64,000 bases of DNA. Origin: Sphaerodactylus townsendi. Taxonomy: Eukaryota. This document shows, piece by piece, positions 11,771-23,666 of the stretch. The stretch is taken from positions 105,896,001 to 105,960,000 of the forward strand of contig NC_059426.1 of the NCBI RefSeq assembly GCF_021028975.2. The letters run 5' to 3'. How positions within the stretch are numbered: position 1 is the first letter of the stretch; the number at the start of each line of letters is the position of its first letter. A program made the translations under genes and the position numbers. Below the pieces are notes generated by a model, which saw only the letters and a program-made list of their open reading frames with translations, was not told the DNA's origin and did no database searches.

Positions 11771-14700
11771 TAAACTTGTGTGAGCCAGAGCTCACTTCTT
11801 CAGAGCTCTGATTTATGAAAACTTATGTTGGAATCAATTACGTTAATCTTGTAGGTATCATTAGATTTCTGTTTCATTCAGAAGAGAAAATCAAAAGTAA
11901 CAGAAGCAACATAACTTTCTTAATGAAGTTCAGAGTTGTACAAGGGACAGCTGGCAGCACACATTCCTCTTCTTGAATCATACCTGAAGGAATGAAAACA
12001 GTGTGCAGCATGTTTCTTCTGCTTTAGAGAATCATAGGGATGGACTATATCATCCCTAGGTGAATTCATAACAATAGGGCTAGGGGGAATTCATAGCAAC
12101 AGGGAAGCATGCTAGAGGTCTGGATAGAAATTAGTGGGGATAAAATGTTCACAAGTATGTCATTGAAATGTCTGGTTGCATCTATCTATCTTTTCAAAAT
12201 TTCATCGGTTTCCTCTGTTTGTTCTATTAAGTAGTGTTGATTTACTACAATTCAAAGAGCATATGATAGAAACGGTTGCCAAGAATTTTGTGCTGTAACT
12301 CAAGGATAGAAGTTATAGCTTTGGAATTAACAGGTACATGCCTGTGTCCTGCCATACAAAATGAGATGAAAATGAGGACAGAGTTTCCCAACCAATAGTT
12401 TGGATCTCCTGGAAGAGTTCCCTATATACAAGGGGAGGGGTTGGTGAATTCTACCAATTCTCCCCCTGCCAGAGCAGCCCCCTAGCTTCTCTCTCAGGCT
12501 GATGCTGGGAGTCCTTGTTCCCCAAGACAAGCATTTCAGGAAACACTGCAAGCTATGACAGAAGGCAGAGAAGTTTTCGCCTCCATGAAAGAAATTTAGA
12601 ATCCAACCCAATATAATCCCAAACTACACTGACTTCTTGAGGCTGGCTTTAAAAATCACAATACTTTAACAATTGCAATCTGGGTTATTTAACAGATTGG
12701 GAGGGTGGTGCTTTATTGCCACCACCTTTGTAAATGAAAAATGGACTGCGAAAAATACTTTTAAATCTAAGTATGCAAACAGCTACCATATTTTACTGCA
12801 ATAGCAGGCTGTGTTTCACAAAGAGGTGAATTTCATTTAGTTTCCATAAGTGTTTTGATATGGTTTGGACTGAAAACGTATACACACATGTACACATTTT
12901 CTTTTTTTCCTTTAAGTCGAAACCTTCAACAGTTGGCTTCAGCAAAAAACAGATCCAGTGTTAGTTACAACAGATAAACAGAGAAGAAGCAGGAATGTCA
13001 CCATCCTACTGCTTTCTAAAAATGAAATCTGTACGTTTTTAGCAAGGGGAGATCCTACTAAAATAGCAATTTATTTCTCATAGCTTTTATCCTACCGCAT
13101 GAAAAAAAAATGACAAAGTTGGTTGCTGTTAAAGTTAGGGTCCCTGATCCAGCATAGCAGAAGAAGCAGTAAAACAGTGTGAAGACTGTGGGCTCAGTGT
13201 GCAAGATACTGAGCATTTTATTGCTAACCCACAGCCCTGACACTCTTTGGCCATTTATGCACTTGTGGTCCGTCCCACAGTGACTGTACAATCCCTTTGG
13301 GTCAGATTCTTGGTTGCGCACACATTTTTCCCCCTCCTGAATTCACTGCATCACAAATCAGAGAAGCCCCACAGTTCCCAAAACCCCTGAAAGTGCAACT
13401 TTTCCTTTCTTTTTGCTGCGAAAGTGAAGAATAGTTTGCCTCAGCTTTGCTCACCCCTCCACCTTCTCTCACCTACCCAATGGCAGTTTCTCCCACTCTT
13501 GGCCAGCAGAGCAGTCAGAAAGGTTTTCTTTTTCTTTTCTTTTTTTTTCCAAAGAGAGAGAAAAGAAGTGGCAGGCTGGCTTAGCTGGGGAAGCTTCACA
13601 GCGGGAGAATCCCAGTCAGCACTGAAAACCAAAGGAAAAACCCACTGGGAAGAAAAGTGTCCTCGGGTAAGCCCTGCATGCATAATAGGCCTTTTACTGC
13701 ATTTCACAAAAGAACTGTGATGTGTTCTAGCCTTAAGCACTTTCTGGAATCTGTATGGTTCAGTGCCTCTAAGATCACTCAAAGCACCTGAATATCAGCT
13801 GGAATCATATACATTTTTACAAGGCCAGCATATTGATTTCAAGCATGTTATTATTTTGATATGGAGAAAAAATATGAGTCAGTTTAATTTTTCTCCACTT
13901 TCACCAACAGCATTATTACTGGAATGATTTTTGGTAAATCACTTTTTGATAAGAATAGCACCAAAACAGAAAGCCAATCAAAACTTTACGTGATGCAGAT
14001 TACTATGAACTGATGGCTGCAGCTCCAGATTGGCTTTGATAAACACTTTCAGGCACAAAAGGTTTCAGATCTCTTGCATTAAAGTTCTGAAAGCATGTTT
14101 TTCCTCAGGAAACAGACTGCATATAAATGGCAGGTTCTTACTCAGTGTGTCTGTTTTATATCGCTCTGTCTGCATTCATAGTCACATCTACTGACCTTGT
14201 TGACAACTCTTCCCTGCTAAAACTGACACGAGAGAAAAAAGACAATGCATACCATTTCAGCCCCCATGCATCAATAAAATGATTAACTTAGCTCCCAAAT
14301 CTCTACATGAATGCCTCCAGAGTCCCTGAGGGTTTAATTAGTCAATGATGAAGTTACCCTGATGCTACTAAGGCCACTATTTAATAGCAGAACCATTATG
14401 ATTGATATGTGGAAATGAAGGAACCAATCATACCTCGAAGCTGAGTGCTCACAATGAGGTTTTAGAGCAAAAAACAGAGTGGAAAAAAATTCTCCTTTCA
14501 TTTAAAAATTGCACATATTTGATACAGAATTTACATCCTCTAAGTGCAGTGGCTTGAAGGTTACATACAGAGGTCTTGCCCATCTCTACTACGCAATATC
14601 ATTTTAACAGGACATGCCACATAGCAAATGCGGAAATGTTTTGCATTTTGTTTTGCCACATGGCTGCCCCCAAGACAGCTATGGTATAAGGAACTGAATT

Positions 14701-15224
14701 GTACTACCTCAAACATAGCCATCTAATCTAGCACTGTTACTGATTGTCTCAAAGTAGAACTAAATTATATGACAAATCTGTGCCTAAATTTCCTATTGTA
14801 TTTTTTAATATATATTTTTTAAAGTCACTGAGGTCCTCAGTTTGGTTCAAGGCCACAGCATGGGGTAGGGAGGGAAAGCAAGACCTGGATAGATCAGTGT
14901 CTGCAGCCAAGAGCAGTTAAAAGTAGTTATGGCCACATCCCTTAAGCTGTGGGCCAGCTGTACCCAAGGGCACCTGTCTGGTGCAGCTAGGCCAGGATGT
15001 CTGTGGGCCTCTAGCCTGCTTTGTGATCTACATGCCAGGCATACTGAAAGGGGAGAAAGGAGAGCAAATGGCAAGGAGGCTAGTAGCAGTATTTAGTGTT
15101 TTCTGAATAGTTTCCACTACTTTGTATTTTTATTTAGACTGTTTGTATGCTGTTCATATGTTGGAAGGCAACTTACAGTAATGGCGATGAAACAACTGCA
15201 TCTACATATTGTAAACTGCCTTGA

Positions 15225-15360
15225 CCTGGACAGCCCTGGCTAGCCTGGTGATCTCAGAAGCTAAGAATGGCTGACCCTAGCAAGTATTTGGATGGGAGAT
15301 CGCCAAGGCATACCAGGGTCATGAGGTAGAGGCAGGCAATGGCGAACACCTCTGAATTCA
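15225..15360 (+). mobile_element. 5S rRNA-derived SINE fragment (5S-Sauria/SINE3-like)
   Basis: gatctcagaagctaag...agtatttggatgggagatcgcc..ggcataccaggg resembles the 5S internal control region. It is followed by the Sauria-like body gcaggcaatggcgaacacctctg. Confidence 0.7.
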
Positions 15361-16429
15361 AACCTGCTTGTGACTGTACCAGGCACTATCCTACACTTTC
15401 TAATGAATATTAACCTATGGATACAATACGGGTATGGCAGGAAAAGAGAGGGGCCAATTTGTTCTTCAGCTCTAGCTCATTCTGTTCAAATATAAAATGT
15501 CAATATTATTCTGTGCTGTTGCAACCATTTTCTGTAGTCACAGAGGATAGAGCCATGTTTGGCCTTAAGAAACAGGACTTTTGGGAAGTACCTAGGTCTA
15601 GGACATGTAAAAAGCAATGCATAGAAAATTTAAGAACTTCAGGAAAATAATTTTAAATACTTGCTAATGTAATATGTACTGCTATAATCTTACCAATCAT
15701 ACTATGTTAATTTTCACAGTTTTCATCAGGAGTTGTAGTTTCCCTGCCTGCTGTTCCAGCTTAACTTGGCCAGCTTTCCAGAAACTTTATTATAGAAAAA
15801 ATCTTTTGACTGAGTGTCTGTAACTATGCATTATAACGCCACTTCTTAGTTTCCAAAGTATTCCAAACAATTTGATTACATCTTAATAATTAACTTATCC
15901 CCTGCTTTTATTGGTGCCTAGAGTGATTGTGTAACCTAAGCTATGAACCAGATTCCATTAAACTGACTATATCAATGTAGATTCTGATTGGAGGCAAACT
16001 AGTTCAGCTAAGATCTGTATCTTGGTTGCTGCTAGGAAGCTAGAGTTCTCCCACTTAAACATTTCTGATTTCAGATTTCTTATCTTAACCAAATGTTTTT
16101 GTTACTAGGGTTTTCCCCATGTACATTTCTAGACTTTGAAAGTGTAAGCCTGCTTGCTTTTAATTCTTACAAAGAAAAATCTGAAAACAATTGTTTGTGA
16201 TGTTTTAATTCTCTCTCTTTCCTTATTTTTATTTTAACAATCACCAGTTAAAACAGTTGACAATACTATATTGTTTTCCCAACAATACACAAAAAGGAAT
16301 CATGACCGTTATACTGGGGAAACTACAGATTTGCATCAGAGAACAAAATCGTACCGCAATCTACTTTGCTATTCATGCTGGAAAGAGAGGAGAACACCAA
16401 CATGCTTCCCTAAAAAGAGCATGAGCACC

Positions 16430-16620
16430 AAAATATAGTATTGTCTACTTTGATTGTTGGCAGCTCTCTTAGTGCTCAGGTACAGCATTTTTGATTTGGT
16501 AATTGTAACCATCTCTAAATCATGCCATTTGATCCTTTTAAACAAAGATGCTGAGGACTGAATCTGGGACCTTCTCCGTACAAAACAGCTGTCCCACCAC
16601 ACACAATAGGTCTGTGCTGT
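16430..16620 (-). mobile_element. Squam2-type SINE remnant
   Basis: Reverse-complement similarity to the copy at 35670-35860. Confidence 0.5.
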
Positions 16621-16879
16621 TGATATGATCAAATGCCATATTGTAGTCTAAAAAAGAAAAAAGGAGTATGTTCACGTGGCTCATCTAGTCAGGCCCTCAG
16701 CCTAAGGCCGAGAACCTGTCCTCTTATGTTTAAAACAGGAGAACAGCAAAGTTTACTGTATTATATATAACCTGAAAAGAGTTGTGCCAACATTAACATC
16801 TGGCCAGTAGCTCTACAACTAAGAGAAGAGGCTTCAGAGGGGATATAGTTTCCCTCTGTTGGTTTTGAGAATCCATTTT

Positions 16880-17085
16880 TGTGCATGGTTGTTGGACTAC
16901 TAGGATCTGGGAGACCCAGTTTTGAATTCCCACTTTGCCATGTAAGCTCTCTGGGCCACCTTGAGTAGGTCACTTTCATCCTAACCTACGTCACAGAGTT
17001 GTTGTTGTGAAGATAAAATGAAGGAAGGGAAAATGATGGTATAAGCTATTTTGGGTCCCCATTGGAGAGATAAATCAGGTATATT
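16880..17085 (+). mobile_element. Squam3-type SINE remnant
   Basis: ggatctgggagacccagttttgaattcccac...cctaacctacgtcacagagttgttgttgtga is homologous to the SINE at 10668. Confidence 0.65.
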
Positions 17086-17129
17086 GGAACAGATATGTGT
17101 TGTGTGATATTATTTCCCAATTCTGTTGA

Positions 17130-20100
17130 AAACATAGAGTTGGAAGGGACCTCAAGGTTCATACAGTTTAAGCCCTTGTACAACACAGGAAATTCATAGT
17201 ATCACCCCCCACCCAATTCTCCCACTGACCTCTGCTCTATGCCCACAGGAAGATAAAAAAAAACACCACAATTCCTGATCCAAGTTTCCCTGGAAGAAAA
17301 TCATTCCTGAACCCAAAGTGCCAATTGGCATTACCCTGAGCGTATAAGAAAGGGTCACAAGACCCAAGCATTACCTCACCCCTTCTTGCCTCCCCCTCAT
17401 GATCTGCCCAAGTTCAAAGAACTGGCACTGCTCCCAAATAGCCATCTAGCCCAGTGGTGGCGAACCTATGGCACTCCAGATGTTCATGGACTACAATTCC
17501 CATCAGCCCCTGCCAACATGGCCAATTGGCCATGGTAGCAGGGGCTGATGGGAATTGTAGTCCATGAACATCTGGAGTGCCATAGGTTCGCCACCACGGA
17601 TCTAGCCTCTGCTTAGAAAACTCCAAAGAAGGAGAGCCATGCCATCTAGAGAAAAGTTGTTTCCACTCTTCTGCAGAAAGTTCTTCCAAATGTTTAGCTG
17701 GAGACCCTTTTTAGTTTCATCCACTAATTCTGGTCCAACCCCCTGGAGCCCAAAACTAAACACAGTACTTTGAGGTAAGGTTGTACTATCACTTTGAATG
17801 ATCTGGACACTATTCTTCCATTGATGCAGTCTAAAATCCCATTTACCTTTTTAGCTAAGATATAACACTTCCGACTTATTTTCAGCCCCTAGATTCTTTG
17901 CATGTATGCTACTGCCAAGACACGTTTTCCCCAATACTATAAATAAGCATTTAATTTTTTCCTACCTAAATGAAGAACTTTACATTTATCTCTGTTGAAA
18001 TTCATTTTGTTAGCTTTAGCCCATTTCTACAGCCCGTAAAGCTCACCCTGAATCTTTTTTGTGCTTTCTATTGTATTTGCTACCCTTCCCAGCTTAGTAC
18101 CATTTGCAAATTTGTAAGCACCCAATGTTCCTTCATCCAAATCATTCTTAAAGTTGTTTAACAGCCCGGTGACAAAGGGAGGGGAAACTGCTTCCAGGAC
18201 ATGAACTGCCTGTGCGCCCTGCCCCGAAACGCCCCCACCCCACCCCTAACACATGACTGCAGTGGAGGCATCCGGGGCATCCCCACTGCAGCTCCACCTC
18301 TGAAACAACCCCCTGCACTACACTTGCCACTCTTCTCCAAGAGGATGACAAACCATTCATAAGCACACTTTGGGTGCAGTCTGTCAACGAATTACAAATC
18401 TACCTAATAGGACCAAACCCACATTTTACCAACTTGTCAACAAGAATATCATGTAGAATCTTATCAAAAGCCTGAAGTCAAGGTAAATGATGTACACAGC
18501 ATTTTCCTGATCCAACAGAGAGGTACCCTCAAAAAAGGCGATAAAGTTAGTCTGACATGACTTGTCCTTAAGGAACCCATACTGGATCCCTTTAATCACA
18601 GCCATCTTGATTGATGATTTGATCAAAAACATTTCCAGATATAGATGTCAAACTGATGGATGTCAAATTATCTGGATTCCCCCTTTCCCCGTTCTTAAAG
18701 ATAGGTACAACATTTGTCTGCCTCCAATATTCTAGTACCTCACTTCCAAGAATTCTAAAAAATGATGAATAGAGGTCCTGAAATTATAACAGCAAATTCC
18801 TCTAATATCCTCTGATTAAATTCATCTGGCCCTGAGGACTTGGTTTAACTGAAAGAAGCTAGGTGTTTACATACATTCCTTATGCCTATCCTAGGCTACA
18901 ACTCCCTTCCTTTATCCTGTGTTCTCTTTTTGCCAGGTTGAGCACCACTTCCCCAGCAAGAGAAGACCCAAGTAAAGCAAGAACCGAACAGTTCTGCCCT
19001 CTCCTTCACCTATAAAAATTCCTATTTCCTTTCCCCACAGCGGGCCTTCAGCTTCCTTGTTCTTTTTCTTGCTCCAAACATTATTGCGGTTTTTATTGTG
19101 GTTAGTACGTCTTTTTGACAATTTCATTTTCCAAAAGGTGGAGAAAGAAACAAGGGGATCTGCTATCTTCAACTGGATTCCCACCAACAGGGAAGAACTG
19201 GTTGGCAAAGTTTTTAAAAAGGGCATCCTGGGTAGTAGTGATCATGTAATTTTGGAATTTGAGATAATGGGAAATGGAAAAGCTGTACATAATCAGATAT
19301 GTTGACAAACTCAGTTATGCTGGATAGAATCCCATTATCAGAAACACTCAAGGAGAGAGTTCATGAGGAACGGAACTCTTAAAAGTGAGATATTGAAGGC
19401 ACAAACACAAATAATTCCATTGAGAAGGAAAAAGAGGGGAAACCTAAGAAGTCAATCTGGCTCCATAAACAGCTGTCTATAGACCTGAGATTAAAAGAAA
19501 AGACTTATTTAGCAAATGAAAGGAGACCAATATAACCAAAGATGAATATATAACCAATTCTTATAGGGAGAATGTTAGAAAAGCTAGAGCTCAGTATGAG
19601 CTTAGGCTAGTGAGAATGGCTAAAGATGAATGTATTTGATCTTTCATTCTTAGCAGAGTTTGACTTCCAGCCAATATCTGAGTAACTGAAATCTCCCATG
19701 ACCATGATGTCCTGTTTTTGAAAATTTTATAATCTGGTCTAGAAGTGTCTCATCCAAGTCCTCCGCCTGGTTTGCTGGTCTATAAGAGATCCTCACCATT
19801 ATATCACGATTATTTATTACTCTGTTTTTACCCAGAGATTCTCCTCTCAATTGCTCTGCTCAAATTCATGTATTTCCTCACAATATACATCCTTGACACA
19901 GAATGCTACTCCTTCCCCCTTCCTTTTTTGTTTATTCCTTTTAAATAAGTTGTGCCCCGCAATCCTACTATTCCAATTATGAGTGTCATCCAACTAAGTT
20001 TCAGTAACGTCTGTTAGGTCATAATCTCCTTCCTGTATTAAGACTTCAGGTTACTCCTGTTGGTTTCCCACACTCTGCACTAATGTGTAGAGACATCAGA

Positions 20101-20580
20101 ATCTATGAATTATGTACCCTGAGTACTTCATTTGTATTCTTACCTGAAAATTAATGAGTCCTTGCATATATGCCCCTCCGCGGACATTTTTAGTGTTCTT
20201 GTCTCCAATAACTGGTTTCATACTAACTTTTGGATTTTTGTTGTCCCTGTAGGTATTCATACTGGTATCAGGCCATTTTTGTTGCCTGTAGGTATTCATA
20301 CTGGTATTAGGCCATTTCACATGCAGGATTTAGTTTAAAGCCATCCTTATCAGGTTTGTAAGACTCCTGCCAAACAGATATTTTCCTACCCTCATGAGGT
20401 GCAAACCATCTCCCAACTGAAATGCTTCATCTCGAAAGAGTAGGCCATGCTCCAAGAAACCAAACCTTTCCAGACAACACTATCTGTGTAGCTAGTAGTT
20501 TATTTCCAGTATTCATCTCTCTTCCTGGCTTCTTCAACAGGAAGAACGGACAGAATCACAACCTATGCTCCCAGGTCCTC
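17130..20580 (-). mobile_element. Old, rearranged CR1 LINE (ORF1 end, endonuclease and RT remnants)
   Basis: Peptides QYGFLKDKSCQTNFIAFFE...YLDF, QSVLMNGLSSSWRRVASVVQG, YRPANQAEDLDE and DNFIFQKVEKETRGSA...GSSDHVILEF. The 3' end (catagagttggaagggacc) lies at about 17133. Confidence 0.85.
17452..17599. mobile_element. Almost perfectly palindromic hAT MITE (148 bp) inserted in CR1
   Basis: About 62-bp arms with one mismatch and a palindromic centre catggccaattggccatg. Perfect 8-bp TSD atctagcc (17444-17451, 17600-17607). Confidence 0.93.
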
Positions 20581-21808
20581 CTTTTTAAGTACTGATAGAA
20601 AGTTGACAAAGGGCCTAATACCAGTATGAATACCTACAGGTTACAAAAGAGAAACTAGCAACACTTTAATACAATACTAACAGTTTAAGAAATTTCAATA
20701 AAATCAAACACATTTGTCAAACTTTTTTGTCTACCTGGTTTTTTTGGGTTGACATTTTTATTCCCTTTCTGTTTTCACTTTGCTGCCTTCATCTTTTTAT
20801 TCAGACCATCATAGTCTCTTTTGGCATGGTCTGGGCTGCATCCCTTAGTATCTATGTTCCCATATGAATGAAACAGATAATAATCTGTAGACTTTATGAG
20901 TCATTCTAGCCTTTCTGACACATCCTGGATGTGTGCACCTGGTAGACAACATACTTTTTCAGAAGACAAGACTGGTTGGCATACTTTAGCCTCTATCACT
21001 TTCAGAAAGGAATCCCCAATTACTACTGCACATCTCCTCCTATATCAGGAAGCAGAATCTTGGGTTCTCCCGTCCACAGGGACCTGAGAAACTTCCTTTG
21101 TCCTCTGTGGAGACTGCAGCAGTCATTCTTGTTCCAGAAGTCCAGTGTCAGTATGTATAGGAGGCGTTGCAATCAATTATCTAGCAATACAGGCTTAGAA
21201 TATCTCCTGATTTTCCTGCTCCTGTGGATCATGCTCTTCCACATGTCCTCTTCTGGTGTTGTGCATGCCTCCTTTTCCTGAGATAACTCCTCCTCCTCCT
21301 CCTCCTCTTGCCCTCTCAAAAGTGCTTCACGCATTTTGTCCAAGAACTCTTCCCTTCCATGATGAGATGGAGTGTGGATAAGTGTGGACAAAAGTCTATC
21401 AGCACAAAGGCCTAAAGTCTAAGTCTATGAGAACAGTTGCCAGTACCTGATTTCAAGGAGCTCAAAATAATGCATGGTTTAATTTTTTTTATGTATTTAA
21501 ATAATCCAGTATGTTTGCTTAGGTTGAAAAGGAAATCATGGTTTGAAGCACTTTTTCTGAATTTTAAGTTGCACTAAAGAGTTATGCTACAGTAGATTAC
21601 CAACATAAGATATCATTGCGTTTATCACAGTGCATCCAGTGTTGAATTGTATGTCTCTCATATCTACAAAGGGCCACAGGAGTAGCTGAGGAATTGGTGG
21701 AGTATTTTATATGAGATACATTAAGGTATATGAGGTACATTACTGATAAGGTGTGAAATCCAACTACATCATTGCCTTGAACATCCCTCAACATATAACA
21801 GTCTAAGC

Positions 21809-22550
21809 CAGGGGTCAGCAACCTTTTCCACCCAAAGAGCTATTTGGATCCATTTTCCACAGCCCCGAAGATCTACGGAGCTGCCTCCAGTTCGGCCCCT
21901 CCACTCACCTTTTCTTCCAGCGCTGGGAGGCGGAGGCGCCGGGCAGGGAAACCCCCTCTGCCTGACACAGCAGGCAGGCAGGCGACTGCTCCGTGGGGCA
22001 GAGGGGGGATGGCAGCCATGGCCCGCCTGGTGCTGCCGCCTCTTAGGCTGCGGGTGGCAGCAGCGCCAGGCAGGGAAACCCCCTCTGCTCCATGAGCAGG
22101 CTGCCGCCTGCTCCGTGGGGCAGAGGGGCGGGATGATGGCCGTGGCCTGCCTGGTGCCGCCGCCTCTCGTGCTGCGGGAGGCAGCGGCGTCACACAGGCA
22201 AACCCCCTCTGCCTGAGTCACCTGATCCGAGTCGCCTGCTCTGTGGGGCAGAGGGGGGATGGCGGCTGCAGGGATAATAGAGGAGGGATGGCGGCTGCTC
22301 TGGAGGGACACGCCCACGCTACCCTCTGATCTCCTGGGGCCGGAGGGTAGCGTGGGAATGTCCATACAGCTCTCCAGAGGAGCGCTGGAAGGAGAGGTGA
22401 GCGGAGGGGACGTGAAAAGCAGCACCCTCACGCACTCTGGTTCGACCCCTCGACTCACCTTTCCTTCCAGCGCTGCTCTGGAGGGCTGGAGGGACATGCC
22501 CACGCTACCCTCCAACCTCCAGGCCACATGGAGCCACAGTATAAGGCTGA
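21809..22550. mobile_element. hAT-Charlie-like non-autonomous element, right end truncated, with GC-rich tandemly repeated interior
   Basis: Left end caggggtcagcaacctt...aaagagctatttggatccattttcca and subterminal tggagccacagtataagg are homologous to the 35032 element. Interior has three ~125-bp units (aaacccccctctg...ctccgtggggcagagggg). Confidence 0.75.
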
Positions 22551-23666
22551 AAAAACCTAGCTCCTCTCACCTCCTCTTTTGCTGGTTGCGCTGGTTTTTT
22601 ATTTTCAGGGAGTTATCATAAGAGAACATCTTAAGGAAGCTTTGTGATCCTCCCTCTGCAATCTGAAGTGGCATCATCCATTCTACGTCAGCATTCTACT
22701 TGCTTACCTCATTTTCTTGCATGTGTCTGTCAAGCCTAATCCTCAACCATTCATGTTGGTTTGTATCCTGGCATACATCTTCAATTTTTTTAGACAATCT
22801 AATAAAGCCTCTATCTTGCACAGGTATGTAGCGTTCTCTAAGAAAACACCAACATGTTAACACCACACACTTTAAACAATGTTTCTACTATGTTTTAATG
22901 TGCATTTTATGGCAGTATTTGTTATTCAGCTTCTATTTTTAAACTAAGGCTGCAGCTACACCTCAAATTCCTTTGAAGCAAGTAGCAGCATTCATATCAA
23001 ATACTGAATCTGGACAATTAATGAATCCACCCATAAAGAGAATGATGTTATCTTTCTGTTCAGGTGAGTCAACTGAAATAATGAAAAAAGGTAGTAAGGG
23101 AACACTTTGGCTAACCCTTGCCTAGTGTACAATTCCATAGACACAAGCAGAATTTTCATCTTAGTATAAAAGAAATGATCTACCTCAAGATCTCAGTTCT
23201 GTAACAATATCAAACTACTTCCCTACTACTGCATTTTAAGTGGCCAAACAAGTTTTGCATACAAAGGAAAAAATAAATCACTGGGGCTTAGACCAGTTCT
23301 CAGGCATAAGAAACCTCCTCAGCCAAATAACAAAGCCTGACATGTTCTGGAATGTGACTACCTAATGGAAATGCATACATTGCCTTTTTGAAAGGCACAG
23401 ATATTAATGTTGTAGATACAATCCATTTCACTCAAAGGAATTCAGCTGAGAGTTTTAGAAGATGGAACGTGAAGTGCTTCTGTCACTAAACATGACTCAG
23501 ATTTCAACGATAGAACAGATAAGCATTTATTGTGGTTGATTTTGTTTTGTACGCTCAGCAGTGACTTTGGGAAATACAGATTGTGGGAACTCTAAGCATA
23601 CCTGAGGCACCGATTTTATTTCTGACAACAATTAAGTGTTTTATTTCAGCAAGAAAGTCTGCAATT

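Larger units (their letters stand above)
10478..11870. mobile_element. Short Penelope-like/unknown squamate repeat split by a Helitron
   Basis: gtagccctgttaatcc...tgtggcaccttaaagac...ttattatagca | taaacttgtgtgagccagagctcacttcttcaga rejoins across the insert. Related motifs (agcaccttaaagac) occur at about 63480-63910. Confidence 0.5.

Noticed and set aside
15225-15360. Functional 5S rRNA gene
   Set aside because: Partial, diverged and fused to a SINE body.
21173-21391. Glu-rich 72-aa ORF as an ABTB2 exon or new gene
   Set aside because: The Glu run comes from a (CCT)n microsatellite and there is no match to ABTB2; possibly a decayed retroelement.
20246-22270. CRISPR-like repeat-spacer arrays
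   Set aside because: Only 2-3 units, no unique regular spacers, no cas genes, and a vertebrate context.
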